The notes below the pieces were generated by a model that did no database searches, was not told the origin of the DNA, and was given only the letters and a program-made list of their open reading frames with translations. Shown here in pieces: positions 32,027 to 41,912 of a stretch of DNA of 64,000 nucleotides (the stretch's first letter is position 1; every line of letters begins with the position of its first letter). Source of the DNA: Candidatus Poribacteria bacterium (GTDB taxonomy: Bacteria; Poribacteria; WGA-4E; WGA-3G); contig OZ240248.1 of NCBI GenBank assembly GCA_965198235.1, positions 1,728,001 through 1,792,000 of the forward strand, given 5' to 3'. The position numbers and the translations under genes are program-made.

Positions 32027-32207
32027 CCGCCTCCATTTTGTCATGTTCAACAAACAGTGCGTCAGCAATTTCCGTAAGTGCCTCATCTGTCAAAGGCGGA
32101 ATATCCAGCTGAGTTACCTGTTTTATGATTTCAGAGGCGAGCGCGTGTTTTTCTATCTCAGGAAGTTGGTTGAATGCTTCCAATATGTTTTGTGGGGTTG
32201 CGTGCAT
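32001..32207 (-). CDS. Putative antitoxin
   Basis: Small acidic ORF overlapping the MazF-like gene start. Confidence 0.65.
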   Translation of the reverse strand: MHATPQNILEAFNQLPEIEKHALASEIIKQVTQLDIPPLTDEALTEIADALFVEHDKMEAEDAETKSR

Positions 32208-32338
32208 CCGGGACCTCGTGTAGCAAGAGTATAAAGTTTGTGTAAATTATACACGATGCCTTGACGAAATTCAAGGTTTTCTTTAGGGGTGTAAGGCTAT
32301 TTAGTTTTCAATTTTTTCGCCTGTTTAACCTGTTTCCC

Positions 32339-33163
32339 TCACATGGTCAGTGTTACCTCATCCTGTTTCATAATCTCCTTAATATGACCATATCCGACAG
32401 ATTCCACCAATTCTAATGTCTCTGGGGACAATCTATCCAGAATAGGCTCCGGAAAGTTATGCTTACCAGAGTATTGTGGGGCATATCGCAGGACGAGAAA
32501 CCGGCGATCTCGATCCTTCGGCTTCCAGCGGAGTACACCGTGCGTTAGCAACTCCGAAATAATCACAATATCGCCCGCCTTTGGTGTAATACTGACGAAT
32601 ACGGGATCCTCAAGTGGATCAATACCATCTTCTTCGTTAAGCGTCAGTAGTTGCTCTGGTCGCTTAAACTCGCTCTTATGTGAGCCCGGAATTACGATGA
32701 GTCCGCCGTCGCCCGGATAGACATCCGTAAAATAGGGAAAACAGACAAAGTTATCGCAATAGATATGTCCGTTATCGACCTCGTAACGCGTGCTATACCA
32801 TCCGTAATCGTCGCGAGCGCAGTGCAGTCCGCCCGGATTCACTTTCGCCCGCTCTCCCGCTTCCCACAAATCGTGCTTATCATGCTTCAACGAACCCCTG
32901 GCAAACCGTGGCTGATTGTCCGTTAACTCTTTGATAATCGGCCATATTGCTTTGTGCACCGTTAAGCATTCAAGCGATTTATCGAAGGCGAACCCGTGCT
33001 GATGAAGCCCTTGTATCTCAAAACCCGGAGGCAACTCATCAGGAGGGGTTGTGATATATTGATCAACCGCTTCAGAAGCCTCCGCTAACGCATCGCCGGT
33101 AATAACATTTTCCAAATGAAGATATCCGGTTACATCAAACAGATAGCGTTGTTTCGGTGTCAT
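32339..33163 (-). CDS. PhyH-family Fe(II)/2OG oxygenase with HxA motif
   Basis: YLFDVTGYL, LHCARDD, GGLIVIPGSHK, ELLTHG, DRR. Confidence 0.85.
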   Translation of the reverse strand: MTPKQRYLFDVTGYLHLENVITGDALAEASEAVDQYITTPPDELPPGFEIQGLHQHGFAFDKSLECLTVHKAIWPIIKELTDNQPRFARGSLKHDKHDLWEAGERAKVNPGGLHCARDDYGWYSTRYEVDNGHIYCDNFVCFPYFTDVYPGDGGLIVIPGSHKSEFKRPEQLLTLNEEDGIDPLEDPVFVSITPKAGDIVIISELLTHGVLRWKPKDRDRRFLVLRYAPQYSGKHNFPEPILDRLSPETLELVESVGYGHIKEIMKQDEVTLTM

Positions 33164-33678
33164 TTTTCTAATTTTCCTTTTTTTAATTTTCCTTGCGGTT
33201 CGTTTAGGGGGTTTGGTGGTTTTCACGTTCCTTTCCGTAGACCCGCTTTCCACTTCGTTCCAAGCTACGCGCTATTTTAACTGAAAGGAGCGCGAACCGA
33301 TTTCTAATTTTCCTTGCGGTTCGTTTAGATGGTTTGGTGATTTTCACGTTTCCTTTCCGTAGACCCGCTTTCCACTTCGTTCCAAGCTACGCGCTATTTT
33401 AAGTGAAAGGAGCGCGAACCGATTTCTAATTTTCCTTGCGGTTCGTTTAGATGGTTTGGTGATTTTCACGTTTCCTTTCCGTAGACCCGCTTTCCACTTC
33501 GTTCCAAGCTACGCGCTATTTTAAGTGAAAGGAGCGCGAACCGATTTCTAATTTTCCTTGCGGTTCGTTTAGATGGTTTGGTGATTTTCACGTTTCCTTT
33601 CCGTAGACCCGCTTTCCACTTCGTTCCAAGCTACGCGCTATTTTAAGTGAAAGGAGCGCGAACCGAGCGCGCTCCTAC
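33164..33678 (-). repeat. Four tandem 121-122-bp copies of the GNA-hairpin element, closed by a REP palindrome
   Basis: ccttgcgg at 33191, 33312, 33434 and 33556; copies 2-4 identical, copy 1 differs at several positions; aggagcgcg-aaccgag-cgcgctcctac at the right end. Confidence 0.92.
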
Positions 33679-33698
33679 AAGTGACCGCTGACGGCTAT

Positions 33699-34586
33699 TT
33701 ATAATGCCATATCGAACTTCGTGCCGGTTACATTGCCTTTTACGTAAGCTTCACGGAAGAGCGTCTGGCGTTTGGGAGGCATTTCGTCAAGCAACGCTTG
33801 TGGAGGCTTTGAGAGACTCCATCGCTTATCCACAGAGTTGTAAGCGTTGAAAACCGCGACTCGGTCGGTGTCAGGGTTTTGCCACGGCTGCCCGCTATGC
33901 GTAATTGCCTCCGTAAAGATGATGACAGATCCAGCTGGGCAGGAATAGGTATCCCAAAACTTCCAGCCTTGTGTGTGGGCACCCTCTGGGGCAGTATAAG
34001 CCGCCTTGTGGCTCCCTGTAATGAACATTGTTCCGCCGTCACCTTTCTCCACGGGATTGAGTTCCCAGACGACGCGCGTCAAACCACTATAAGCCTGACC
34101 CGGAAGACACGAATACTGGTGACAATCTCCGGGCATCCGCAACATACCATTGCCGTTATGGGCATGGAACGTGAAAGGCGTTTCGTCCGTTGTAGAGCGC
34201 AACGCCGGAAAACTCATCTCCATGCGGAACCCGTAACAGGTATCTGAAGCAAGATAGGACGACGCGAGAAATTCGTTTCCGAATGCCACGATGACCGGAT
34301 GATCTGTCAGTTTTTCCAAAGGACCCCCGTAAGTCGAGCGGTGATGTTGCGGAATCGTTTCAGGTTCGCGCTTTAAGCGGTAACAGAAATCACGCATCTC
34401 CTTGATCTCCGATTCCGTTAACACGCCCGGCACCAAGAGCCATCCATTTTTGTCAAACAGATATTTCTGTTCCTGCGTTAAAGGAACAACCGCTTTACCA
34501 TCAGCGTTTGTTTGCGTAAGATCGGCAGGTACTGTCGCCAACGGACTGCCTAAGTCTTTGTTAAATTTACCTAATTGTTCCATCAT
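33699..34586 (-). CDS. PhyH-family Fe(II)/2OG oxygenase with HxG motif
   Basis: YLFDKNGWL, FHAHNGNG, GGTMFITGSHK, EAITHSG, DRV. Confidence 0.85.
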   Translation of the reverse strand: MMEQLGKFNKDLGSPLATVPADLTQTNADGKAVVPLTQEQKYLFDKNGWLLVPGVLTESEIKEMRDFCYRLKREPETIPQHHRSTYGGPLEKLTDHPVIVAFGNEFLASSYLASDTCYGFRMEMSFPALRSTTDETPFTFHAHNGNGMLRMPGDCHQYSCLPGQAYSGLTRVVWELNPVEKGDGGTMFITGSHKAAYTAPEGAHTQGWKFWDTYSCPAGSVIIFTEAITHSGQPWQNPDTDRVAVFNAYNSVDKRWSLSKPPQALLDEMPPKRQTLFREAYVKGNVTGTKFDMAL

Positions 34587-34643
34587 AAATTCCTTCCTCT
34601 CTGACTATATTTAGCAACGGAGCATCGCTATGCCAATGGGAAA

Positions 34644-35627
34644 CTAATGAATACGTGCCCCCGTGAAATAGTCCGGGTTTGCTCCCATTTTTTCTAAAAG
34701 TGGCGCGGTGGCTGTGTCAAGATTCTCAATCACATCAGCGGACGGCGTGTATTCGACAACGTGCAGGTTTGCCGTCAGTTCATTTACATTTCGGGTGCCG
34801 ACGAGCATGCACGTGATGCCGGGTCGTGCCATCGCCCAAGCAATAGCAAGCCGACTCATCGGAATCTGTTCAGCTTCCGCGATTTCCCGGATAGCCTCCA
34901 GGGTCTCAAACATCTCTTGCTCGGCACCTTCTTCGCTGTGCGAAGCCTCTGCTCGGTCATCTCGAAAATGGCGAAATCGAGAATGCACCGGGGGTATTTC
35001 CTCTGCACTTTTGTACTGTCCCGTCAAAATTCCCTGTAACAGTGGCATATACCCTAAGATACCGACGTTATGCTCTCGGCACAGCGGAAGTAATTCAGGC
35101 TCTATTGCCCGTGACAATAGGTTATAGCAGAGTTGATTTACGGCAATAGAGGCACCTGTGTTCAGAGCCGCTGTGAGTTGTTCCACCCCGAAGTTGCTTA
35201 CGCCGATGGCACGGATAAGCCCGTCCTCCTGTAGGCGCGTTAACTCAGCCATGCTTTCTTCGATAGCAATCTCGTCGTCGGGCCAGTGAATCATGTAGAT
35301 GTCGACGTAATCTGTTTGCAATCGTTGGAGACTCGCTTCGCAGTGTTCACGTATCGTAGCGGGGTCGGGTCTGCTTATCTTCGTGCCGATGACAGCCTCG
35401 TGCCTTCTACCCTTCAGTGCGACGGCGAGTGCCTCTTCGCTTCGTCCGTTGTTATACCCCTCTGCCGTATCGAAAAAATTGATGCCAGCATCCAATGCCG
35501 CGTTGGCAACAGTGGTAACATCTGATTGCGCCTGTGGTCCCCAATAATCGCCACCACCGTATGACCAGCATCCAATGCCCATTGATGAGATTTCAATTCC
35601 AGATTTTCCGCAGGTTCGCATCTCCAT
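34644..35627 (-). CDS. Aldo/keto reductase
   Basis: FFDTAEGY, TK, IHWPD, IGVSNF. Confidence 0.93.
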   Translation of the reverse strand: MEMRTCGKSGIEISSMGIGCWSYGGGDYWGPQAQSDVTTVANAALDAGINFFDTAEGYNNGRSEEALAVALKGRRHEAVIGTKISRPDPATIREHCEASLQRLQTDYVDIYMIHWPDDEIAIEESMAELTRLQEDGLIRAIGVSNFGVEQLTAALNTGASIAVNQLCYNLLSRAIEPELLPLCREHNVGILGYMPLLQGILTGQYKSAEEIPPVHSRFRHFRDDRAEASHSEEGAEQEMFETLEAIREIAEAEQIPMSRLAIAWAMARPGITCMLVGTRNVNELTANLHVVEYTPSADVIENLDTATAPLLEKMGANPDYFTGARIH

Positions 35628-35706
35628 TTTTCAGCCTCCATGGTGTGTGAGCGGGTCGAAAAGACCTCGCATTGTTAAAAATCCTTTCATCATCCAGAGA
35701 CGGTTG

Positions 35707-35769
35707 GACTTAACCAAAAACCATCACGAAACGTAGTGGAGTGATGCCCAGGAGCACATAATTAAGAAA
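35707..35769 (+). repeat. GNA-hairpin element supplying the stop codon of the convergent gene
   Basis: gacttaacc, catcac-GAAACGTAGTGGA-gtgatg, cccaggagcacataaTTAAGAAA. Confidence 0.85.
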
Positions 35770-36604
35770 AGAGTTCCGTAATCAACTGTGCATTCTGACC
35801 GATCTGATCGCCGAATTGTTGATACATACCGAGCAAAAGTGGATCAATCGGTTTGGTGTTTTCTAACGCGAATTTCACCTCTTCCCGAATTTGTTCTGGG
35901 CTTCCGATGGTCCTGCCTGCTGCGAGCACTTTGAAAATGAGGCACGGTTTATCTGTCCGTTGGATCGCTTTACACATTTCATCGCGATCCTCCCGCGCAT
36001 AGACTTCGCCCAGAGCCGCGTAGCCGAATTTCTCTCTGAACTTATCGGCACCACCGTGAAGGTTATAAAGTCCAGTCATATAGTAGTCTATATCCCAATC
36101 CTCATCTTCAGCGATATGCAGGAGTTTCGGATCATGAACGGACAGGCCAACGAGAGCCCCGGTATCACGAACCCGTTTGAGGATGTCCTGTAGGTGATCG
36201 AGCCTGTTTTCGCGTAAACACCTGTGACCAACACCACCACCGTGTGGTGCCATACCGAACGGGTCGTGCTTTGCTGCTTCAAAGACAGCGTCCGGTTCGT
36301 CATACCAAAGTCCGCCTGGACTGAGGCAGAACCAGTTCAATGTACCACCTTCATCTCGGTACCGCTGCAAGTCAGAGAGCGAGCGTTCCGTTAGGCTATT
36401 CTGCCAGCCATTAAGCCCAGCCTCCTCTGCCCGCTTGAGCGTTGCCACGACGCGTTCGGGTGTATGATATTCCTGCTGATGCTGTGAAAGAAGTTTGTTA
36501 AAGTGGGAATAGCCGTAAATCGGGTTATCCCCAATCACCAATTTACTGATCTGATGATTACAAAAAGAGACTTTTGGTAAGGTTGCCACTGGTTTATCCT
36601 CCAA
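35762..36604 (-). CDS. Aldo/keto-reductase-like TIM-barrel protein
   Basis: ISKLVIGDNPIYGYSH, GLSVHDP, FKVLAAGR. Confidence 0.7.
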   Translation of the reverse strand: MEDKPVATLPKVSFCNHQISKLVIGDNPIYGYSHFNKLLSQHQQEYHTPERVVATLKRAEEAGLNGWQNSLTERSLSDLQRYRDEGGTLNWFCLSPGGLWYDEPDAVFEAAKHDPFGMAPHGGGVGHRCLRENRLDHLQDILKRVRDTGALVGLSVHDPKLLHIAEDEDWDIDYYMTGLYNLHGGADKFREKFGYAALGEVYAREDRDEMCKAIQRTDKPCLIFKVLAAGRTIGSPEQIREEVKFALENTKPIDPLLLGMYQQFGDQIGQNAQLITELFS

Positions 36605-36630
36605 GCAAGAAACACGCTACAAAAATGTGC

Positions 36631-37701
36631 CTAACCGAACAGAAATCCTTCCGAAACAGATGTGTCAATTTCACGCACAAGATGCATCGTCAATTCCAAT
36701 GCTGCGGTGTAGTCATCAATGTTAATTATTGAAACATGGCTATGGATATAACGCGACGGCACGCCGAGCACAACCGATGGCACGCCTCTGCCGGATTGAT
36801 GGATTGCGCCACCATCCGTTCCACCGGATTGACGCACCCCAAGTTGATACGGTATTTCGTGTCGCTTTGCTGTCTCAATCACAAAATCTGCCAACTTCGG
36901 ATTGACAATCATTGAAGAATCGATTATCCGAATTTGTACACCGCCGCCGAGTTTCCCTTGTATCGCGCCGACGCTTAATCCGGGGGTATCATCAGCAGGG
37001 GGTCCCTCAAGTACTATTGCGAGATCGGGTTCCACACTTGCCGCCATCGTCTTCGCGCCTCGCAAACCGATTTCTTCCTGAACACTCCCCGCACCGATAA
37101 CGGTGTTCGGGTGTTCTTCAAGTTTCAAAAGTGCCTCAATTACAACCGAGACACCGACACGATTATCGAACGCTTTGGCAGAGAACAATTTGCTATTTTT
37201 CAACGGCATAAAAGGTCCGTAGGGTGCAATTGGACATCCCGGTAATACACCAAACTCCTCCATTGCTTGTTCTTCATTCTCCGCACCTATGTCAATAAAG
37301 AGGTCTTTCATATCTAAGACTTTATCGCGCGATCCTGAGAGCAAATGAGGGGGTGTAGAGCCGACGACTCCCGGCACTTTACCCAACTTCGTTGTGATTG
37401 TAACCCGTTGTGCTAAAAGTGTATGTGCCCACCATCCACCGAGAGGCAGAAACTTGACGAACCCGTTATCCGTGACGCTTTGCACAACAAAACCGATCTC
37501 GTCTAAGTGTGAATCCAGCAGAATTCGGGGCTGTTCAGCATTTCCAGGGCGCGTGCAGAAGATACTCCCTAATCTGTCCGTGCCGATTGGACCAACACCG
37601 GAAACAGCATCACGAAAAATCTCGCGTACTTCTGTTTCGTAACCGGGAATTCCATCTGCTTGAGTCAATGATTTGAGCAGTTCAATTGAAGTTTCAGCCA
37701 T
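36631..37701 (-). CDS. M42 family metallopeptidase
   Basis: DSHLDEIG, KAFDNRVG, VQEEIGLRGA, GGTDG, RYIHS. Confidence 0.93.
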   Translation of the reverse strand: MAETSIELLKSLTQADGIPGYETEVREIFRDAVSGVGPIGTDRLGSIFCTRPGNAEQPRILLDSHLDEIGFVVQSVTDNGFVKFLPLGGWWAHTLLAQRVTITTKLGKVPGVVGSTPPHLLSGSRDKVLDMKDLFIDIGAENEEQAMEEFGVLPGCPIAPYGPFMPLKNSKLFSAKAFDNRVGVSVVIEALLKLEEHPNTVIGAGSVQEEIGLRGAKTMAASVEPDLAIVLEGPPADDTPGLSVGAIQGKLGGGVQIRIIDSSMIVNPKLADFVIETAKRHEIPYQLGVRQSGGTDGGAIHQSGRGVPSVVLGVPSRYIHSHVSIINIDDYTAALELTMHLVREIDTSVSEGFLFG

Positions 37702-37740
37702 CGTTGCATTCCTTTGATAATTGTGCTGTAATTTGTGAGC

Positions 37741-37769
37741 ATTATAGCACGTCTCCGATTTTGTGCCAA
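37741..37769 (-). promoter_or_regulatory. sigma70 promoter of the M42 peptidase
   Basis: Minus strand TTGGCA-17 nt-TATAAT with TGn. Confidence 0.6.
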
Positions 37770-37808
37770 CTTTTAAGTGGTAGCATCCCAGAGCCATTCA
37801 GTTTCCGT

Positions 37809-37870
37809 GTAGGAGGGAACTCCGATTCCCAACTTCTTCTTCTGTAGGAGCGATCTCCGAATCGCGACTC
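37809..37870. repeat. Tandem GTAGGAG-type REP units
   Basis: gtaggagggaactccgattccc and gtaggagcgatctccgaatcgc; same family at 52903-52960. Confidence 0.7.
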
Positions 37871-37939
37871 CTTCTAATATAAGTTGCCAACTTCAAGTAA
37901 AAGCCCAACGGCGAAAGGTGTATAGAAAACGCTTTTAAT

Positions 37940-37969
37940 TTGACACCAACCTGTTTAGTATGCTATATT
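37940..37969 (+). promoter_or_regulatory. sigma70 promoter
   Basis: TTGACA-18 nt-TATATT with TGn. Confidence 0.5.
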
Positions 37970-38090
37970 AATCTTAATTGCCGCGGAGGCAAGCACACAA
38001 ATTACTGTCAGCAAAATCTGCGTTGATGTCCTCAGATGAACAGTTATGCATCAAAATTCACCAGAAGTTGATAGTCAAGGACAGGAGCCA

Positions 38091-38618
38091 ATGGCAAAAA
38101 CAAGCATACAAGATCCCAACTACGACTGGGCACAAAAACATATCGCTGACTTTGAAAGATATCTCGCGGAACAATGCCAGCCTTACTTTGAGGAAGTCGC
38201 TGCTGAAGACTCTTCTAAGTTTATGGCACCGATGTGGTGGAGTGTCGGATATGTTATCCTACGCGGCATGGCAGATAATCAATCCATTTCCGCTGACGAC
38301 ACTGATACGCTCATTGATAAATCTATGCTACTCTTGGAACTTTTAACCCATAGTCAACACCCTGTCTTTCATGAAATACGAAAAAGGTTCGTACTCCCGA
38401 TGGCACAAGCGTTGAATATTGACAAGGACAATGACGCTATCAACCAACATATCCTTAAGAGCATAGCATTCATTGCCTTCAGCCTCCAAGATGGAGAAAC
38501 CTTGACAGTTCCAGACTTAACCGGGCCTGACGGAATCATACTAAAAAGAGAAGGAGCTGCTAATGCATCGGCTGCCTCTACAGCACAAAACAAACAAATG
38601 CCGAGAGCCGCACCCTAG
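38091..38618 (+). CDS. Hypothetical helical protein
   Basis: AGGAG RBS before ATG 38091 and an upstream promoter; no family recognised. Confidence 0.6.
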   Translation: MAKTSIQDPNYDWAQKHIADFERYLAEQCQPYFEEVAAEDSSKFMAPMWWSVGYVILRGMADNQSISADDTDTLIDKSMLLLELLTHSQHPVFHEIRKRFVLPMAQALNIDKDNDAINQHILKSIAFIAFSLQDGETLTVPDLTGPDGIILKREGAANASAASTAQNKQMPRAAP

Positions 38619-38873
38619 ATAGATTGTTAGATGATTGTCTTGCTTGTTGATAAAACCCGGTGAGAACATCCACAGCTCCGAAAAATATTTTGAAACAAAA
38701 GTTTTTGCTTTTCCTTAATTCGTTATCAGCGGCCAAACTCAAAAGAGGGTCTACAAGTATCCACGTTGAAAAAAGTCCATTATATACTGGTGCCATTGAA
38801 TTGGATTTTGAACCTCCAAATACCTATGCCGTAAGAGCGTACAGCGGCAATTGGATTCATTCATAAATGAGCA

Positions 38874-39962
38874 ATGCCAATGACAAAAACTATTGATAAA
38901 GTCCAAAAAACTACCGCCATTCCTAATGAAGAACGGCTCTGTCAATCTCTCTTGTTCATACTACTACTCTTCATCACCCTCTGTGCAACCGCTGCAGATT
39001 ATACAGACGACGCAATCCGAACCCTACTGCCTTTCGATGCAATCCCCGCTATCACTGATCCGCAGTTCGTATCAACCAACGACGCAAAATTAGACGCGGA
39101 TGCCCCCGTCATTGGCGTAACCTTCAACGACGAAAGCCATGCCTATTCACTTTACCTGCTGAACGGACACGAAATCGTCAACGACGTTGTCGGTGGACTG
39201 AAAATCGCCACGACGTGGTGACCGCTCTGCAAAACGGCTATCGTGTATAGTCGGGAACTTGATGGGAAGACCTATACGTTTGGCGTTAGCGGTAAATTGT
39301 GGCGGGACGCGCTGTTGATGTATGACCATCAGACGCGTTCCCTCTGGTCGCATATCACTGGAGAAGCGATACGGGGACCGCTCATAGGTAAGCAGTTGAA
39401 GCCACTCGCTTCCATGCCACAAATCGCCTGGAAAACATGGCAGTGGAACTACCCGAGAACACGTGTGCTGTCCGTGTTTACCAGAGGTGGGATGCGAGAG
39501 AACCGAAGTCAGGATGTCTACGCAGATTATCACGCCAGCCAGCGCGCAGGCGTGAGCGGGATGGAATACACCGATGATCGGTTACCCAATAAATCCCTCG
39601 TCATTGGCGTTCAAGTACTGACAAAGGATGGTAACACCGAGTTTCGGGCGTATCCGTTGACACATTTTATGGAAACTGCTGTTATCAACGATACGCTCGG
39701 CGAGGTGCCGCTGCTGATCTTTCACGATAAAACGTCCTTCGCAACGGCAGTCTTCAAGCGGAATGTGGCGGAGGACGCGCGAACCTTTACTCACCAAAAT
39801 AGATACTTTGTAGAGGACAACACCGGGACGCGTTGGAATCTCGTTACTGGTGAGGCGACATCGGGGAAGGATAAAGGGACGCGTTTAGAGCGACTGCCCG
39901 CTGTCAACATCTATTGGTTCGCATGGGCACGCTACCACCCTGAAACCTCTATCTACCGGTAA
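38874..39962 (+). CDS. DUF3179 family selenoprotein (Sec at TGA 39219-39221)
   Basis: DAIPAITDP, HEIVND, then TW-U-PLC in frame with FGVSGKL...LLMYD.QTRSLWS and YWFAW...HPET; U replaces the first Cys of the family CPLC motif. Confidence 0.88.
39235..39253 (+). promoter_or_regulatory. Candidate bacterial SECIS hairpin
   Basis: cggctat-cgtgt-atagtcg; loop starts 21 nt after UGA with G at loop position 2. Confidence 0.6.
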
Positions 39963-40060
39963 CTATAGTAGAGTTTACAATTGGCGATGCAACCTCAATC
40001 GGCGCGCTTACAAAGCGCGCCTACCGGTAGATGTCTATATATTTTATATTCCACCATAAT
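39963..40060. repeat. REP-containing intergenic element between convergent genes
   Basis: ggcgcgcttacaaagcgcgcctac core with weakly inverted ends. Confidence 0.55.
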
Positions 40061-40078
40061 CTGGCAACCACAAAGACT

Positions 40079-40840
40079 CTAATTGTCTAATTCGACGGTT
40101 TCGCCTGTCATATTGCGGTGCATCGTCGGGCGAATGACTAACTCCGGGATGTTGCTCCGCTGCGGTAGCGTCGCGATCAGGAGAATCGCCGCTGAAGTCT
40201 CGTCGACACCTACCATCGTGGCGCGTGCAGCAGCGTCCGGTGGAATCGGACGTTTGTCCAGAATCGGCGTTGCCACCTCACCGGGGACAACGACGCTTGA
40301 TCGGATGCCTGTGTTCCGTAAATCGGCGTTGAGGAATTCGGTGAAATTGATAACCGCTGCCTTCGCCGCGCCGTAAGCAAAACCGCTGAACGGGCCCGGA
40401 GTGACCGCCGCGAGTGACGATATATTAATAATCGTCCCCGATTTCGCTTCCAGCATTGCCGGCACAACCGCTTTTGTACAGAAAAATGTACCGATTAGAT
40501 TGGAATCAATAACCGAACGCATCTCCTCGGGGGGCGTGTTGAGAAGTCGCCGATGCTGTGAACTGTGTCCAGCGTTGTTTACAAGCACATCAATCCGTCC
40601 GAACTTGTCAAGCACATCGGCAGCCATCTGTTCTATGGCATCGTAGTCAGCCACATCGAGCGCGTAGCTTACCGCTTTCCCGCCTGCTGCTTCAATTTCA
40701 GTTGTAACGGACACTAATTTCGATTCCGTTCTACCGATAATGACAATTGTCGCACCCTCTTGTGACATTGCGAGAGCAGCACCACGTCCGATACCGCTGC
40801 CACCACCCGTAATAATACAGACATTTTCTTTTAAACGCAT
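40079..40840 (-). CDS. SDR family oxidoreductase
   Basis: TGGGSGIG, NNAG, YGAAK. Confidence 0.93.
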   Translation of the reverse strand: MRLKENVCIITGGGSGIGRGAALAMSQEGATIVIIGRTESKLVSVTTEIEAAGGKAVSYALDVADYDAIEQMAADVLDKFGRIDVLVNNAGHSSQHRRLLNTPPEEMRSVIDSNLIGTFFCTKAVVPAMLEAKSGTIINISSLAAVTPGPFSGFAYGAAKAAVINFTEFLNADLRNTGIRSSVVVPGEVATPILDKRPIPPDAAARATMVGVDETSAAILLIATLPQRSNIPELVIRPTMHRNMTGETVELDN

Positions 40841-41673
40841 TTTTCGCCTCCATTGGGTAAAACGGGTCTCACTGCCGCTTTCACCTCTTTTGATAATGAT
40901 TCTAACTCATACTGTGCATCCGAGATTTTATCGCGATATTCGTCAAGCGGGTATCCACCCTTTCCAGTCTCATTGAAATAAGCACTCAGTTGGTAGCGTT
41001 GGAAGATGTTCATACGCGGGTAATCCTCTGTCCACGGACTCGCATCGTGGAGCAGGTTCGTTGAGAAGATCGCCACATCACCTGCCTCCATTGGGAGTGT
41101 AATTGAGGTGGGTGGATCGTGCTTCACGGGTAGATTCTCCGGGGTCTGAAACAGAGATTTATGACTGCCGGGGACGAGACAAAAACCGGTTCCGGGTGGG
41201 ACATCCACGAGCGCAACCCACGTCGCAATGTGGCTGCAATAGATATGTCCAGCGGCGGCTTGGTAATCGTTGTGTGGATTGCGAAACCCCGGTGGGAATT
41301 TGAACCCGCTGTCGTCACGATGAAAGTGTTGCGGGGCATCGTGCTTTGTCATCATCGTGAAATTGCAATGAAACAGACGCGGCGCATTCATTGTCAACCC
41401 CGCCACAACTCTCATAATGTCAGGATTCATCGTAAGGTCTTCAAAGAGACGATGCCCATACTGGATATGTCCGATGTGTGTCTTGCAAGGTTCCTGTCGC
41501 CCGCGGTCAAGCGGCGGTGGGATGTCGGCTTCATCAATTGTCAACCACTGTTGAAACACCTTTAGCATCTCTTCAATTTCGTCTTTTGGGATAACGTTCC
41601 GTAAAACGAGAAATCCGTGTAAATCGAAATACCACTTTTCCTCTTCCGTCAAAGTGGAATGGATGGTATGCAT
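40831..41673 (-). CDS. PhyH-family dioxygenase (canonical HxD)
   Basis: FDLHGFL, FHRDD, VPGSHK, LLHD, R. Confidence 0.88.
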   Translation of the reverse strand: MHTIHSTLTEEEKWYFDLHGFLVLRNVIPKDEIEEMLKVFQQWLTIDEADIPPPLDRGRQEPCKTHIGHIQYGHRLFEDLTMNPDIMRVVAGLTMNAPRLFHCNFTMMTKHDAPQHFHRDDSGFKFPPGFRNPHNDYQAAAGHIYCSHIATWVALVDVPPGTGFCLVPGSHKSLFQTPENLPVKHDPPTSITLPMEAGDVAIFSTNLLHDASPWTEDYPRMNIFQRYQLSAYFNETGKGGYPLDEYRDKISDAQYELESLSKEVKAAVRPVLPNGGEKCV

Positions 41674-41844
41674 TAATTCTGCTCCACAGTTTTTATGAGT
41701 GTTGCGAATACAGATTAGCAGAATTCGGCAAAATTTTCAAGATTTCAGTTGATTTCGCATTTCACAGAGCCATTGAATTTCCGGTCTTCTATAAATTTTA
41801 TATCTCTTTGAGGAAAGCCAGAGTGGTTTGTGATTTCAAAAGAC

Positions 41845-41872
41845 TTGACAAAAATTTGAAAACGCCTATAAT
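41845..41872 (+). promoter_or_regulatory. sigma70 promoter
   Basis: TTGACA-16 nt-TATAAT. Confidence 0.7.
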
Positions 41873-41912
41873 AGACATCATAATATGGTTGAGTTCCAAG
41901 GAGGTCCTCCCA

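Noticed and set aside
33164-33678. CRISPR array
   Set aside because: Whole 122-bp units repeat with no unique spacers, and no cas genes are present.
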